Shown: positions 19,814 to 30,222, counted from the first letter of the stretch. The stretch: DNA of 64,000 bases from an uncultured Actinomycetes bacterium (GCA_963704885.1 CAVPIB010000001.1:864001-928000), one strand, 5' to 3'. Made by a program: numbers and translations. Notes: generated from the sequence alone by a model not told the origin.

Positions 19814-21541
19814 TCAGTCGATCACTGCGAGGGTCTGGCCGGTCTCGACGACCTGGCCGGCGCGGATGGGTAGGTCGGTGACCTCACCGTCGCGCGTGGA
19901 GGTGATGTGGTTCTCCATCTTCATGGCCTCCAAGATGCAGACCACCTCGCCGGCGCGGATCTCCTGACCCTTCTCGACCAACACCTTGAGGATCGTTCCC
20001 TGCATGGGCGCCAGGATCTCGCCGTGGACGTGCTCGCCGTGGTGCGCGCCGTGCGACGCCGGCGATCGCGGCGCCAGCTCGCGGCGTTCGTCGAAGATCC
20101 GGACGGGAACCCGCCGGCCGTCCACCTCGACGAGGATGTCGGCGGGGCGCGCGGGCGTCGGTCCAGACGGCGCCGAGTCCAGATCCACCTGCGACGGGAG
20201 ATTCACCTCCGCCAGAGCCCGCTCCAGCCACGTCGTGGTATGCGTCCCAGCGCGGAAGTCCTTCGACCGCAGGACCCACTCGTGGACCGGGATCGTCGTA
20301 GGCACGCCCTCCACACGGAACTCGGAGAGCGCCCGCAGCATCCGGTTACGGGCGCGCTCGCGGTCTACCGCCGACACGATCAACTTGGCGAACATCGAGT
20401 CGTAGTCCCCGGGGATCTCGCGCCCCACGGTCACGCCGGAGTCCACGCGAACGAACGGCCCGCTCGGCTCCTCGTATCGGGTGAGCCGGCCCGGGCCGGG
20501 CAGGAAGTTACGACCCGGATCCTCGGCGTTGATGCGGCACTGGATCGCGGCTCCGCGCGGGGCCGGATCCAACGACAGCGTCTCGCCCATAGCAACCTGC
20601 AGCTGCAGAGCGACCATGTCGTATCCGGTGACCATCTCGGTCACGGTGTGCTCCACCTGGAGCCGGGTGTTCATCTCCAGGAAGTAGAACGATCCGTCCT
20701 CATCAACGAGGCACTCGATGGTTCCGGCGTTGACGTAGCCCGACTCCTTGGTGAGCGAGATCGCGGCCTCCGCGAACCGGGTCCGCAGGCTCTCGTCCAT
20801 CACCGGTGAGGGCGTCTCCTCGATCAGCTTCTGGTGGCGACGCTGGACCGAGCAGTCGCGTTCGCCGAGGAAGAAGACGTTGCCGCGCGTGTCGGCGATC
20901 ACCTGCGCCTCCACGTGGTGCGCGCGGTCCACGTATCGCTCCAGGAAGACCTCGGGCCGCCCGAAGTACGACTGCGCCTCGCGCGCCGCGCGCCTGAGCG
21001 CCTCCTCAAGGTGCTCGGCGTCGCGCACCACGTGCATACCCTTCCCGCCGCCCCCGAACGCCGCCTTCACCAGCAGCGGGAAGCCGATCCGTTCGGCCTG
21101 CTTCTTGGCCTGGCGGACGTCTACGGGCTCGGGCGTTCCCGGCACTATCGGGACGCCGCTGCGGTCGGCGACCCTGCGGGCGGCCGCCTTGTCACCCATC
21201 AGCTCGATAGCCGCGGCGGTCGGTCCCACGAAAGTGAACCCTGCCTCGTCAACAGCCTGCGCGAAGTGGGCGCGCTCGGCCAGGAATCCGTAGCCGGGAT
21301 GGATCAGGGTGGCGCGCGACTTGCGCGCGGCCTCCAAGATCGCCCCGATCGACAGGTACGAGTCCGATGCGAGCGCCGGCCCGATGCGGAAGGACTCGTC
21401 CGCGAGCTCAACGTGCAGGGCGTCCCGGTCGGCGTCGGAGTAGACGGCGACGGTCGAGATCCCCATATCGCGGCATGTTCGGATGATCCGGACGGCGATC
21501 TCGCCTCGGTTGGCGATCAGGACCTTCTGTTTCGTCGCCAC
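19814..21541 (-). CDS. Acetyl/propionyl-CoA carboxylase alpha subunit (biotin carboxylase + BCCP)
   Basis: ANRGEIA, HPGYGFL, EMNTRLQVEH, biotinyl EAMKM. Confidence 0.95.
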   Translation of the reverse strand: MATKQKVLIANRGEIAVRIIRTCRDMGISTVAVYSDADRDALHVELADESFRIGPALASDSYLSIGAILEAARKSRATLIHPGYGFLAERAHFAQAVDEAGFTFVGPTAAAIELMGDKAAARRVADRSGVPIVPGTPEPVDVRQAKKQAERIGFPLLVKAAFGGGGKGMHVVRDAEHLEEALRRAAREAQSYFGRPEVFLERYVDRAHHVEAQVIADTRGNVFFLGERDCSVQRRHQKLIEETPSPVMDESLRTRFAEAAISLTKESGYVNAGTIECLVDEDGSFYFLEMNTRLQVEHTVTEMVTGYDMVALQLQVAMGETLSLDPAPRGAAIQCRINAEDPGRNFLPGPGRLTRYEEPSGPFVRVDSGVTVGREIPGDYDSMFAKLIVSAVDRERARNRMLRALSEFRVEGVPTTIPVHEWVLRSKDFRAGTHTTTWLERALAEVNLPSQVDLDSAPSGPTPARPADILVEVDGRRVPVRIFDERRELAPRSPASHGAHHGEHVHGEILAPMQGTILKVLVEKGQEIRAGEVVCILEAMKMENHITSTRDGEVTDLPIRAGQVVETGQTLAVID

Positions 21542-21589
21542 GGCCCCACCTGCGATGATCGGGGACCCCCCAACGAGGGAGTCGATCCG

Positions 21590-22339
21590 TTGTTGTCGGA
21601 AGCTGAACTCGAACGGGCGCTCGCGGCCGCTGGGCTGCAAGCCCCCGTGCGCTTCGATGAGGTTACCGGCTCTACCAACGCCACGGCGCTGGAGCTCGCC
21701 GAGTCGGGCACGCCGGAGTGGACGTTGGTGGCCGCGGGGCATCAGACCCGGGGCCGTGGTCGGCTGGGTCGCACCTGGTCGGATCAGCCGGGGGGCGCCC
21801 TGATGTTCTCGCTGGTGCTGAGACCCGCCGGGCTCGATCCCGAGCACGCCGGGTTGATCGCGCTCTTGGCCGGCTGGGCGATGGCCACCGCTATCCGGGA
21901 GATCGCCGGGGCTGAGGTCCGCTGCAAGTGGCCCAACGACCTGCTGCTGGGCGGTTCCAAGGTGTGCGGGATCTTGGTGGAGTCGGCCGTCTCGGGCGAT
22001 CGGGTCCTCCACGCGGTCGTGGGACTGGGCGTGAACCTCGAGCGGCCCGGCGAAGTACCGGACGCGACCGGGATCGGCCCCGTCCCGGAGGGAGACCTTC
22101 TCACCTCGTTCCTGGTGCGGTTCCGCGCCGGCTACGAGGAGCTGCCCGCTGGGGTCGTCGAGAGCTGGTCGGCGGTGTCGGACACCCTCGGCAAGAAGGT
22201 CGAGGTCCGGCGGATGTTCGGCGAACCGATCGTGGGGACGGCCATCCAGCTGGACGACCGAGGCGCGCTCATCATCCAGACCCTGAACGATCGGGTCGCG
22301 GTGACATCCGGGGAGGTCCAGCACCTCAGGGAGGCTTAG
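21590..22339 (+). CDS. birA: Biotin-[acetyl-CoA carboxylase] ligase (no HTH)
   Basis: GSTN, QTRGRGRLGRTW, KWPND, KVCGIL. Confidence 0.92.
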   Translation: MLSEAELERALAAAGLQAPVRFDEVTGSTNATALELAESGTPEWTLVAAGHQTRGRGRLGRTWSDQPGGALMFSLVLRPAGLDPEHAGLIALLAGWAMATAIREIAGAEVRCKWPNDLLLGGSKVCGILVESAVSGDRVLHAVVGLGVNLERPGEVPDATGIGPVPEGDLLTSFLVRFRAGYEELPAGVVESWSAVSDTLGKKVEVRRMFGEPIVGTAIQLDDRGALIIQTLNDRVAVTSGEVQHLREA

Positions 22340-22389
22340 GGTTCGCGCCGCGAGTTGCCCTGCAGCGGGGCGCGCGGTACCTTCCGCCC

Positions 22390-23052
22390 ATGTCGTTCCC
22401 CAAGCGTCTATTGGTGCCGGGCGAGGAACTCATCTTGGACCTGCGCCCACATTGGATCGCCCTCGTGTTGCCGAGTCTCGCCACCTTGGGCGTGTTGATC
22501 GTCGGGTTCTGGCTCATCTCCAAGTTCGACGGCACCGTGAACTGGTTCCTGCTCGTGGCCATGTTCGTCCTGCTGGTCATCTATCCGCTCCGGCGCTTGG
22601 TGTGGTGGCTGACGTCGACGTTCGCGGTGACGAGCGATCGGATCATCCATCGCGAGGGGTGGATCGCGAAGCGTTCCATGGAGATCCCGCTCGAGGCGAT
22701 CAACGACGTGCGGTTCAGCCAGACGGTCTTCGAGAGGATCATCCATGCAGGCACGCTGGTCGTGCAGTCGGCGAGCGAATCCGGACGGGAAGTGTTCAAG
22801 GCGATCCGCAACCCTGAAGAGGTCCAGAAGACGATCTACCACCAAGGCGAGCTCAACCAGAAGCGGATGTTTCAACCGAACGCGAGCGCCCCAACGATGC
22901 CCCCGGCGCCTGACCCCTCGAGGCCGGTCTCGCCCCCCATGGCCCCCTCCACGGTCACCGAGCTCGAACGCCTGGCCGACCTGCGCGCCAAGGGAGTCCT
23001 GACCGAGGAGGAGTTCCAGGCCCAGAAGGCGAAGATCCTGGGCCAGTCGTAG
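22390..23052 (+). CDS. Membrane protein with bacterial PH domain and C-terminal SHOCT
   Basis: Two TMs, VTSDRII..G, ELERLADLRAKGVLTEEEFQAQKAKIL. Confidence 0.82.
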   Translation: MSFPKRLLVPGEELILDLRPHWIALVLPSLATLGVLIVGFWLISKFDGTVNWFLLVAMFVLLVIYPLRRLVWWLTSTFAVTSDRIIHREGWIAKRSMEIPLEAINDVRFSQTVFERIIHAGTLVVQSASESGREVFKAIRNPEEVQKTIYHQGELNQKRMFQPNASAPTMPPAPDPSRPVSPPMAPSTVTELERLADLRAKGVLTEEEFQAQKAKILGQS

Positions 23053-23086
23053 CCGGTCCGTCGGCCCGGGTCCGTATCCTTGCGTG

Positions 23087-26000
23087 GTGAGCCAGTCCGT
23101 CTGTCCTCGTTGTCGTGAACCGCTGCCGGCCGGCGCCAAGTTCTGTCCGAACTGCGGCGCGCCCGTGGCGCTCCCACCCGCATCCGAGCGACGACTGGTC
23201 ACGGTCGTCTTCGTGGACCTGGTGTCATCCACCGAGCTCGCGTCCCGACTGGACCCCGAGCGTTTCCGCGAGGTGCTCGCGGCGTTCCACGCCATGGTCA
23301 CCGAGGAGGTCGAGTGGCTCCGCGGTCGCGCCGAGTCGTTCATCGGCGACGCCGTGATGTGCGCGTTCGGGGTTCCCACCTCGCATGACGACGATGCGGT
23401 TCGCGCGATCCGGGCCGCGCTCGCCGTGGTGGAGCGGGCCCCCAGGCTCGGTCAGGGATTGGGGCTCCCCGTCCCCATGCGGGTACACATCGGGGTGAAC
23501 ACCGGTCAGGTGGCCGTCGGGACCGCCACCGACCGGGGGATAGTGATCGGCGCCGAAGTCAACCTGGGTGCGCGGTTGCAGGCTGCCGCCGGGGCCGGTG
23601 AGATCCTCGTCGGTGCCACCACCAGACAGCTGGTCCGGGATGCCGTCGAGCTCGGCGAGATGCGCATGATCCAACCGAAGGGTCTGGAAGGTGAGCTGCC
23701 AGCCTGGCCGGTGGTCAGGCTGGCTCCTCGCTCCACGCGATCCACGATCCCGTTCGTGGATCGCCGGCGCGAGCAGGCGCTGCTGAGCGACACGTTCGAG
23801 CGTGTGCACGAAAGCGGGCGAGCCCACCTGGTGACGTTGCTGGGGGAGCCGGGGATCGGCAAGAGCCGCGTGGTGGACGAGTTCGTAGACGGCCTGCCCG
23901 AGGGTGCGCGGGTGCTGAACGGACGGCCGAACCCGTTCGAAGAGCACGGCACGTTCTCGCCCTTCGCGCACATGATCCAGCACGCCGTCCACCCGACCGG
24001 CGACTTCTCCGACGACGAGTTGCCTGAACGGCTCCGCGAGGCGGCCATCGGGTGGGTGGGCGTCGAGGAAGCCCAACAGGTGGCCGACCGGCTGGGTCTT
24101 GTCTTCGGGATCGGAGAGGAAGCCAGCCACGAGAACCGCTACCACAGCTCGGAGGTGCGTCACGGTGTGCTTGCGATGCTCGCCGGCCTGGCCGCCACGG
24201 GGCCCATCGTCCTGGTCTTCGAGGACATGCAGGCGGCCGATCCGCTGCTCCTGGACCTGATCGAGCGGATGCTGCGCGATGGCCGTCGGCTTCCGCTGCT
24301 GGTCATCTGCGTGGCGCGTTGGGAGTTCCTCAACTATCGCCCCGGCTGGGCGGGCGGGGTCGCCGACGCCGTCACGCTGTGGGTCGAGCCGCTCGATGCC
24401 GAGGGCTCCATCCAGCTGGCGATGGAAGCGGGAGATCTCCAGCGTCAGGACGCCGAAAGGGTCGCGGAGCATTCCGGAGGTAATCCGTTCTTCATCATCG
24501 AGATCACGGGGATGCTGCTGCGTGATGAGGCGACGGTGCCGCCCAGCGGGGCCGCTCCCTCCGCGCTGGTGCTGCCTCCCACGGTGCAGGCCGTGATCGC
24601 GTCGCGAATGGATTCGCTATCCGTGGCCGCTCGCGATGCGCTGCGAAAGGCCTCCGTGTTCGCCCGAGGTCTCTTCGACCTCTCGGATCTGGCGGTCGTC
24701 GTCGAACCGCGCCGCGAGATCCTCGATGAGCTCGAGGAGGCCGAGTTCCTGGTGAGCGTTCCGGACCGACCCGACACCTGGCGGTTCCGCAGCGACGTCC
24801 TGCGCGACGTCGCGTACGAGAGCCTGGCGAAGCGGGAGCGTCAACGTCTGCATCTACGCATGGCCAATCGCTTGTCGGAGCCCGATTCGGTCGATCGATA
24901 CACGCGCGCCATCGCCTATCACTTGGAGCGAGCGGCGATCGCGGCGCTCGACCTGAACCCCCGCGACCGCGCCCTCGCCGACCGGGCGGTCGAGGCGCTT
25001 TCGCGGGCGGGGGATCAGGCTCGCCGCCGGATCGAGTCGCGGACCGCGGTCGATCTGTTCGAGCACGCGCTCGCGCTCGCGGGGCCCGATAGCTCTTGGG
25101 GCGTGCGGGAGGCGTCGGTACTCTCGCGGCTGGGCGAAGCGCTCTACTGGCTGGGTGAGTTCGATCAGGCCCAGCGCACGCTGGAACGCGCCCTCGATGT
25201 CGATGGCGATCGGAGCGATATCGTCTCCGCTCACGCATCGAGGTTCCTGGCCGACCTGGTGACGCGCGACGACAGCGATCGGGCGGAGAAGCTGTTCGAG
25301 CGGGCGCTTGCCGCCTCCCGCCGGTTGAACAACTCCTCGGTGCTCGCCAAGACGCTGCTGATGGCAGGCTGGCTGCCTTTCCACGCCGACGATCTCCAGG
25401 GGGCGCGGAAGATGTTCCAGGAGGCGCTCGACGCTTCGCGTTTCGATCCCGACAAGCCGGACCGATGGGCTGAGGTTCGGGCGCTGGTGAGCCTGGCGTC
25501 GGTGACGTCGGAGATCGGTGACGAGGCTGACGCGCTGGCCCTAGCCGAAGAGGGACTCGTGCTGGGGCGAGCTTCTGGCCAGGAGTTCACAACGGCCACC
25601 GCTGCTGAGAAGGTCGCGCTGTCGCAGCGGCACATGTTGCGGTTGGACGAGGCATTGGAGCACGCGGACCTGGCGATCCAGATCTACCGCGATCTGGGCG
25701 CTCGGTGGGAGCTCGCCGGCACGATCGGAGACCGCGCGGTGATCCACCGGCTGGCGGGGCGCCTGGATGAGGCGGAGGAAGAGCTTCGGGAGGCGTACGC
25801 GCTCGGCCGGGATCTCAACGAGCGCAACGTGGTGACTTGGACGGCCGCCGAGCTGATGAAGGTCCAGGTCCTGAACGGGGACGTGGCCACCGCTCGTCGA
25901 ACGGCGGAAGACCCTGCGTCACGGCTGGGTGAGCTGGATCCCGGATCGTCCACGCCGCTGCTCGTGGCCGAGACGGTGCTGGCATTGGCCACGGGCGATC

Positions 26001-26236
26001 GAGACACGGCCCGCGACCGAGCGATGGGTGCGATCGCCACCGAAGAGCGAACCAGGAAGGGCTGGAACCAGCACGCCGCCCAGGTGTGGTGGGCGGCGCG
26101 GCTCTTCGGCGCCGAGGCGGTCGGGGGTGAGGCGGTCGTGGAGGAGGCGCGGACGCTGCTGGAAGCCCACCATTGGCGCCAGGCCCTGATCGAACCGGAT
26201 CTGATCCGGGAGATCTTGGGTTCCCCGACCCCCTGA
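23087..26236 (+). CDS. Zinc ribbon - class III adenylate/guanylate cyclase - AAA ATPase - TPR protein
   Basis: CPRC..CPNC, FVDLVSST, FIGDAV, VNLGARLQ, GEPGIGKS, GGNPFF, helical repeats. Confidence 0.9.
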   Translation: MSQSVCPRCREPLPAGAKFCPNCGAPVALPPASERRLVTVVFVDLVSSTELASRLDPERFREVLAAFHAMVTEEVEWLRGRAESFIGDAVMCAFGVPTSHDDDAVRAIRAALAVVERAPRLGQGLGLPVPMRVHIGVNTGQVAVGTATDRGIVIGAEVNLGARLQAAAGAGEILVGATTRQLVRDAVELGEMRMIQPKGLEGELPAWPVVRLAPRSTRSTIPFVDRRREQALLSDTFERVHESGRAHLVTLLGEPGIGKSRVVDEFVDGLPEGARVLNGRPNPFEEHGTFSPFAHMIQHAVHPTGDFSDDELPERLREAAIGWVGVEEAQQVADRLGLVFGIGEEASHENRYHSSEVRHGVLAMLAGLAATGPIVLVFEDMQAADPLLLDLIERMLRDGRRLPLLVICVARWEFLNYRPGWAGGVADAVTLWVEPLDAEGSIQLAMEAGDLQRQDAERVAEHSGGNPFFIIEITGMLLRDEATVPPSGAAPSALVLPPTVQAVIASRMDSLSVAARDALRKASVFARGLFDLSDLAVVVEPRREILDELEEAEFLVSVPDRPDTWRFRSDVLRDVAYESLAKRERQRLHLRMANRLSEPDSVDRYTRAIAYHLERAAIAALDLNPRDRALADRAVEALSRAGDQARRRIESRTAVDLFEHALALAGPDSSWGVREASVLSRLGEALYWLGEFDQAQRTLERALDVDGDRSDIVSAHASRFLADLVTRDDSDRAEKLFERALAASRRLNNSSVLAKTLLMAGWLPFHADDLQGARKMFQEALDASRFDPDKPDRWAEVRALVSLASVTSEIGDEADALALAEEGLVLGRASGQEFTTATAAEKVALSQRHMLRLDEALEHADLAIQIYRDLGARWELAGTIGDRAVIHRLAGRLDEAEEELREAYALGRDLNERNVVTWTAAELMKVQVLNGDVATARRTAEDPASRLGELDPGSSTPLLVAETVLALATGDRDTARDRAMGAIATEERTRKGWNQHAAQVWWAARLFGAEAVGGEAVVEEARTLLEAHHWRQALIEPDLIREILGSPTP

Positions 26237-26255
26237 AGGACCTGAGCTGTAGACA

Positions 26256-26302
26256 TTGACATCCATCGATGGGTGGTGGCATCCTAGATATCGATGGATG
26301 TC
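26256..26302 (+). promoter_or_regulatory. ArsR-type operator/promoter
   Basis: TTGACA at 26256; 13-bp inverted repeat GACATCCATCGAT-N19-ATCGATGGATGTC overlapping the start codon. Confidence 0.7.
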
Positions 26303-26653
26303 GATGTTTTGGTCCGTGACGCCGCTCCGGCGGCGTGTTGCGTCCCGATCGGGCGCGACGGTATGTCCGATGACGACGCCGAGGTCACGGCCGCTCTGTT
26401 CAAGGCGCTCGCCGACCCGCACCGGGTGCGAGTCATGAACCTGCTCGCCGTGAGCGGACAGCCCGTCTGCGTCTGCGACCTGACCGACACGCTCGGTCTC
26501 TCGCAACCGACCGTGAGCTTCCACATGAAGAAGCTGGTCGATGCCGGGCTGTTGGAGCGCGAGCAGCGCGGCGTCTGGGCGTACTACTCGCTGCGGCCCG
26601 ACGTGATCCAGCGTCTGGGTCAGGTGCTTCGATTGGAAGGAGAGGGACCATGA
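26294..26653 (+). CDS. arsR: ArsR/SmtB arsenic-responsive repressor
   Basis: FKALADPHR, VCVCDL, SQPTVSFH; N-terminal CC. Confidence 0.88.
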   Translation: MDVDVLVRDAAPAACCVPIGRDGMSDDDAEVTAALFKALADPHRVRVMNLLAVSGQPVCVCDLTDTLGLSQPTVSFHMKKLVDAGLLEREQRGVWAYYSLRPDVIQRLGQVLRLEGEGP

Positions 26654-27393
26654 ACGATCTCAGAGAAGAGGTCCGCGACCGGTATGCGGCGGCGGCTCGT
26701 GCGGTGAAGGACGGCATGGCCGCCAACGACTGGGACGCCGACGTCTCCTGCTGCGCGCCCGAGGAAGGGCTGGGGCAGCAGCTGTACGACGTGAACGAAA
26801 GGGGTGAGCTCCCCGACGAGGCCGTGCTCGCCAGCCTGGGGTGCGGGAACCCAACGGCAGTGGCCGAGCTCCGCGAGGGCGAGGTCGTCCTGGACCTGGG
26901 CTCCGGCGGCGGCATCGACGTGCTGCTGTCCGCCAAGCGTGTCGGGCCTGCGGGCAAGGCTTACGGGCTGGACATGACGGACGAGATGCTCGCTCTGGCG
27001 GATGAGAACGCCCGCAAGGCCGGGGCTTCGAACGTCGAGTTCCTGAAGGGCTACATCGAGGACGTGCCTCTGCCCGACGCCAGCGTCGACGTGGTCATCT
27101 CCAACTGCGTCATCAACCTGTCTACCGACAAGCCGAAGGTGATAGCCGAGATGTTTCGCGTGCTTCGGCCTGGGGGCCGGCTCGGCATCAGCGATGTGGT
27201 CGCCGACGATGCGCTCGCACCATCGGATCGCGCGGAGCGCGGCAGCTACGTGGGCTGTATCGCCGGCGCGCTTTCCTTCGGTGAATACACTCAGGAGTTG
27301 GAAGCCGCGGGCTTCGTCGAGGTTCGGATCGACCCCACCCACGAGATGGTCGACCAGATGCACGGCGCGATCGTTCACGCCCGCAAGCCGTAG
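26650..27393 (+). CDS. arsM: Arsenite S-adenosylmethyltransferase
   Basis: SCC, SLGCGNP, DLGSGGG, SNCVINL, GCIAGA. Confidence 0.92.
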   Translation: MNDLREEVRDRYAAAARAVKDGMAANDWDADVSCCAPEEGLGQQLYDVNERGELPDEAVLASLGCGNPTAVAELREGEVVLDLGSGGGIDVLLSAKRVGPAGKAYGLDMTDEMLALADENARKAGASNVEFLKGYIEDVPLPDASVDVVISNCVINLSTDKPKVIAEMFRVLRPGGRLGISDVVADDALAPSDRAERGSYVGCIAGALSFGEYTQELEAAGFVEVRIDPTHEMVDQMHGAIVHARKP

Positions 27394-27524
27394 GCGGCGG
27401 TACGCGTCCCAGCGCGGTTGATGTTTAGTCGACCCTCCCCCAGACTCATCGACCGCGGGGTTCAAGAGCCCCCTTGGGCCCACCGTCGGAGCTACGAGGG
27501 ATGAGGTAGGCCTCCCCGCACGGC

Positions 27525-27561
27525 GGGCCGAACGGCCCCGCCGTAGTGAGCCATTCGCCTC
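27525..27561. promoter_or_regulatory. DosR/DevR(OsdR)-like binding sites
   Basis: Palindrome GGGCCGAACGGCCC 27525-27538, weaker copy GAGCCATTCGCCTC 27548-27561. Confidence 0.45.
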
Positions 27562-27629
27562 CTGCCCCTGTCTTTGGTCTCGACCATCCTTCTCACCATG
27601 GACGAGAGCGTCATGGAAAGGGGTAGACG

Positions 27630-28220
27630 ATGAACCGAAAGGCGAAGGACCAACTGATCAGCACTGCGGCCATAGTGGTCGCGGTGGTCATGATTTCCCT
27701 AGGTGGGCTTGCCATCTACGGTGGCAACTTCGGCCAGGACAACGTGCGCGACCGGCTGGAGCCGCAGAACATCACGTTCCCGCCACTCGAGGCGATGACG
27801 CCCGAGGAGCAGGCCGAGATCGGTCAGTTCGCAGGCCAGCAAGTCGTCAACGGCGAGCAGGCGAAGGGCTTCAGCGACTACATCGGTGGACACCTGACGG
27901 GCGTGAACGATGGCGCGACGTACTCGGAGACCAGCGCCGCTGCACGTGCAGAGGGACTCGACCCTGACACGGCGGCGGAGCTGCAGGGTAAGGCCGACAC
28001 CCTGTTCAAGGGTGAGACGCTCCGCGCGATCCTGCTGAACGGGTACGGCTGGTGGACGGTCGCGACGATCGCGCTGTACGCAGGATGGTTCATGGTGATC
28101 GCCGGGATCGTCTTGGCGGTCCTGGCCATCCTCGGCTTCCGTCACGCGAGGGTGCACGCCGCGGAGATGGGAGCCGAAGGGGTAAGCGAGAAGAAGGAGT
28201 ACGCAACCCGATCCGCGTAA
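27630..28220 (+). CDS. Hypothetical membrane protein (2 TM, extracytoplasmic loop)
   Basis: Good RBS; QNITFP, TLFKGETLRAILLNGY; function unknown. Confidence 0.7.
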   Translation: MNRKAKDQLISTAAIVVAVVMISLGGLAIYGGNFGQDNVRDRLEPQNITFPPLEAMTPEEQAEIGQFAGQQVVNGEQAKGFSDYIGGHLTGVNDGATYSETSAAARAEGLDPDTAAELQGKADTLFKGETLRAILLNGYGWWTVATIALYAGWFMVIAGIVLAVLAILGFRHARVHAAEMGAEGVSEKKEYATRSA

Positions 28221-28238
28221 CCCATCTCGCTCACGCGT

Positions 28239-28269
28239 AAAGACCGCCCGTCCCACTCGGGCGGTCTTT
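28239..28269. terminator. Bidirectional intrinsic terminator
   Basis: AAAGACCGCCCG-N7-CGGGCGGTCTTT between convergent genes. Confidence 0.75.
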
Positions 28270-28279
28270 CGTTAGGTCG

Positions 28280-28876
28280 CTAGAGGGTGAGCCCGTCGGG
28301 AACGGGCACCGACGCCATGTGGTCTTCGAGCTTCCACGCGACTTCGACCGTGCGGACCCATTCGTAGAACAGGCCCTTCGCGCCGATCAACGTCACGCCA
28401 GCGGCGCGCATCCGCTCGATCCCATCGTCGTGAGCGTCACCGGGGGCCAGCACCGCATCGCGAACCACCACGACGCGGTAGTCACGATCGAGCAGGCCCA
28501 GTGCCGAGTGAGCGACGCATACATCGGTCTCCATCCCAACGAGCACCGCGGTGCGCCGACCCGTGGCCTCGACCGCCGCCATGATCTCCGGAACGTCGGC
28601 GAGTCCGAACGTGGGCTTCGTGTATCGGGGTGTCGGCTCCGGGAGGCGCTCAACGATCTCGGGCAGGGTCGCGCCATTTCGGTCCGGTTCCTCTTCGGTC
28701 ACCACTGCCGGAACCCCGAGCGCGTTCGCGAGGGCCGCCAGCCAGACCACGCGCTGGATGAACGGTTCCCGAGTTACGGTCTCGCCGATCTTCTTCACGA
28801 AGCCCGGCTGCACGTCGACCACGCAGAGGACCGAATCATCGATGTCGAGCAGACGCCCACCCTGCGGCGGACCCAT
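28280..28876 (-). CDS. Isochorismatase-family hydrolase
   Basis: VVDVQ, TEE.P, K..F, GMETDVCV. Confidence 0.85.
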   Translation of the reverse strand: MGPPQGGRLLDIDDSVLCVVDVQPGFVKKIGETVTREPFIQRVVWLAALANALGVPAVVTEEEPDRNGATLPEIVERLPEPTPRYTKPTFGLADVPEIMAAVEATGRRTAVLVGMETDVCVAHSALGLLDRDYRVVVVRDAVLAPGDAHDDGIERMRAAGVTLIGAKGLFYEWVRTVEVAWKLEDHMASVPVPDGLTL

Positions 28877-29019
28877 GACGGACCTCCCATCGCGGCCGAT
28901 CCTGCGCATCCTACTCAGGGCCGGGTGGCGGGTGGTTGCATCGCCGTTCCGGGGGAGTCAGGCTCTTCGGACCGGCCGGTTGTCGCCTCCCGCGACTTCC
29001 GGTAGGCATTAGGGACCGG

Positions 29020-30222
29020 ATGACCGATCGGCTGAAGCGCTTCCCCACGTTGTTCCGCTTCCTGGCCGCCCTACTCGCGCTCGTCGCGACGGCGAGCCTG
29101 GCGTCCTCGGCTGCGGCCGATCCGCCCAGCGCGCAGGAGATCGCGGACGCCAACGCGAAGGTCGAGCAACTGGCCCGAGAGGTTCGCGCGGAGCAGCGGG
29201 TGTTGGACCAGATAAGCATCCGCGCCAGCGAGGTCGCCGCCGAATACGACCGCGAGCTGGGCAAGCTCGAGAAGCTGAACGCCGAGCTCCTGTCCGTCCA
29301 GACGACACTGGTCACGGCCCGCGCCAGATACCGGTCGATCGTCACTCAGCTGAACGAAAGGGCGCGCGCCGCCTTCATCCAGGGACCCGCCTCCAGCTGG
29401 GAGTTCCTGCTGGGCGCCACGTCGATGCTGGATCTATCCGACCGCATCGAGTACGTCGATGCGATCGCCACGAGTGACGCCGACCTGGCTACCGAGGTCC
29501 AGAACACCAAGAGGGTCCTGTCGGCCAAGGAGCAGAACCTGGAGAAGCTCCAGTCGGCGCAGCGGGCGGTCGTGACCAAGGTTCGTGAGAAGTCGCAGGA
29601 GGTCAAGGATCTGCTGGCGCAGGCGCAAGCGGCGTTCAACGCCATCCAGTCGAAGAAGGCTTGGGCAGAGCGATTGGCGAAGAAGCTATCGGCCAAGCGC
29701 CAGGATTGGCTCCGCTCGCAGTTCTCCTACGGTGGCAACACCCATGCCGCGGTCGACATGCCGCCCGGGTGGGCGGGCACGTTCAAGGTCTGCCCGGTCG
29801 AGCAGCCCCGCGCGTATGGCGACGGCTTCGGCGCCCCGAGGTACGGTGGTGGGTACCACCTACACGCCGGAGTGGATATCATGGCGCCCTCCGGATCCGC
29901 CATCTACGCGACGTTCGACGGCTATGCGACGCAGGGCCAGAGCGAGCAGGGCGGCCTGTCGGTAGTGGTGCGTGGAGCCGACGGGTACACGTACAACGCG
30001 CACCTGTCGGAGTACTCGGATCATTCCACGGGGCCGGTGAGCGCCGGCGACATCATCGGGTACGTGGGCGACAGCGGCAACGCCCTGGGTGGCCCGCCCC
30101 ACAACCACTTCGAGTACCACCCGAACTCGTTCCCGAGCAGCTGGCCGGTGAGCTATTACGGATACACGGTGGTCGGCAGTGCGCTCAACCCGTACCCCTT
30201 GCTGGTAGACGCCTGCGGCTAG
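29020..30222 (+). CDS. Secreted coiled-coil M23 peptidoglycan endopeptidase
   Basis: Signal peptide, coiled coil, HAGVD and HNH zinc motifs, GYVGDSGNA. Confidence 0.88.
   Translation: MTDRLKRFPTLFRFLAALLALVATASLASSAAADPPSAQEIADANAKVEQLAREVRAEQRVLDQISIRASEVAAEYDRELGKLEKLNAELLSVQTTLVTARARYRSIVTQLNERARAAFIQGPASSWEFLLGATSMLDLSDRIEYVDAIATSDADLATEVQNTKRVLSAKEQNLEKLQSAQRAVVTKVREKSQEVKDLLAQAQAAFNAIQSKKAWAERLAKKLSAKRQDWLRSQFSYGGNTHAAVDMPPGWAGTFKVCPVEQPRAYGDGFGAPRYGGGYHLHAGVDIMAPSGSAIYATFDGYATQGQSEQGGLSVVVRGADGYTYNAHLSEYSDHSTGPVSAGDIIGYVGDSGNALGGPPHNHFEYHPNSFPSSWPVSYYGYTVVGSALNPYPLLVDACG

Noticed and set aside
21542-22324. 260-aa N-terminal extension of the biotin carboxylase ORF
   Set aside because: It is antisense to birA; the real start is GTG at 21541
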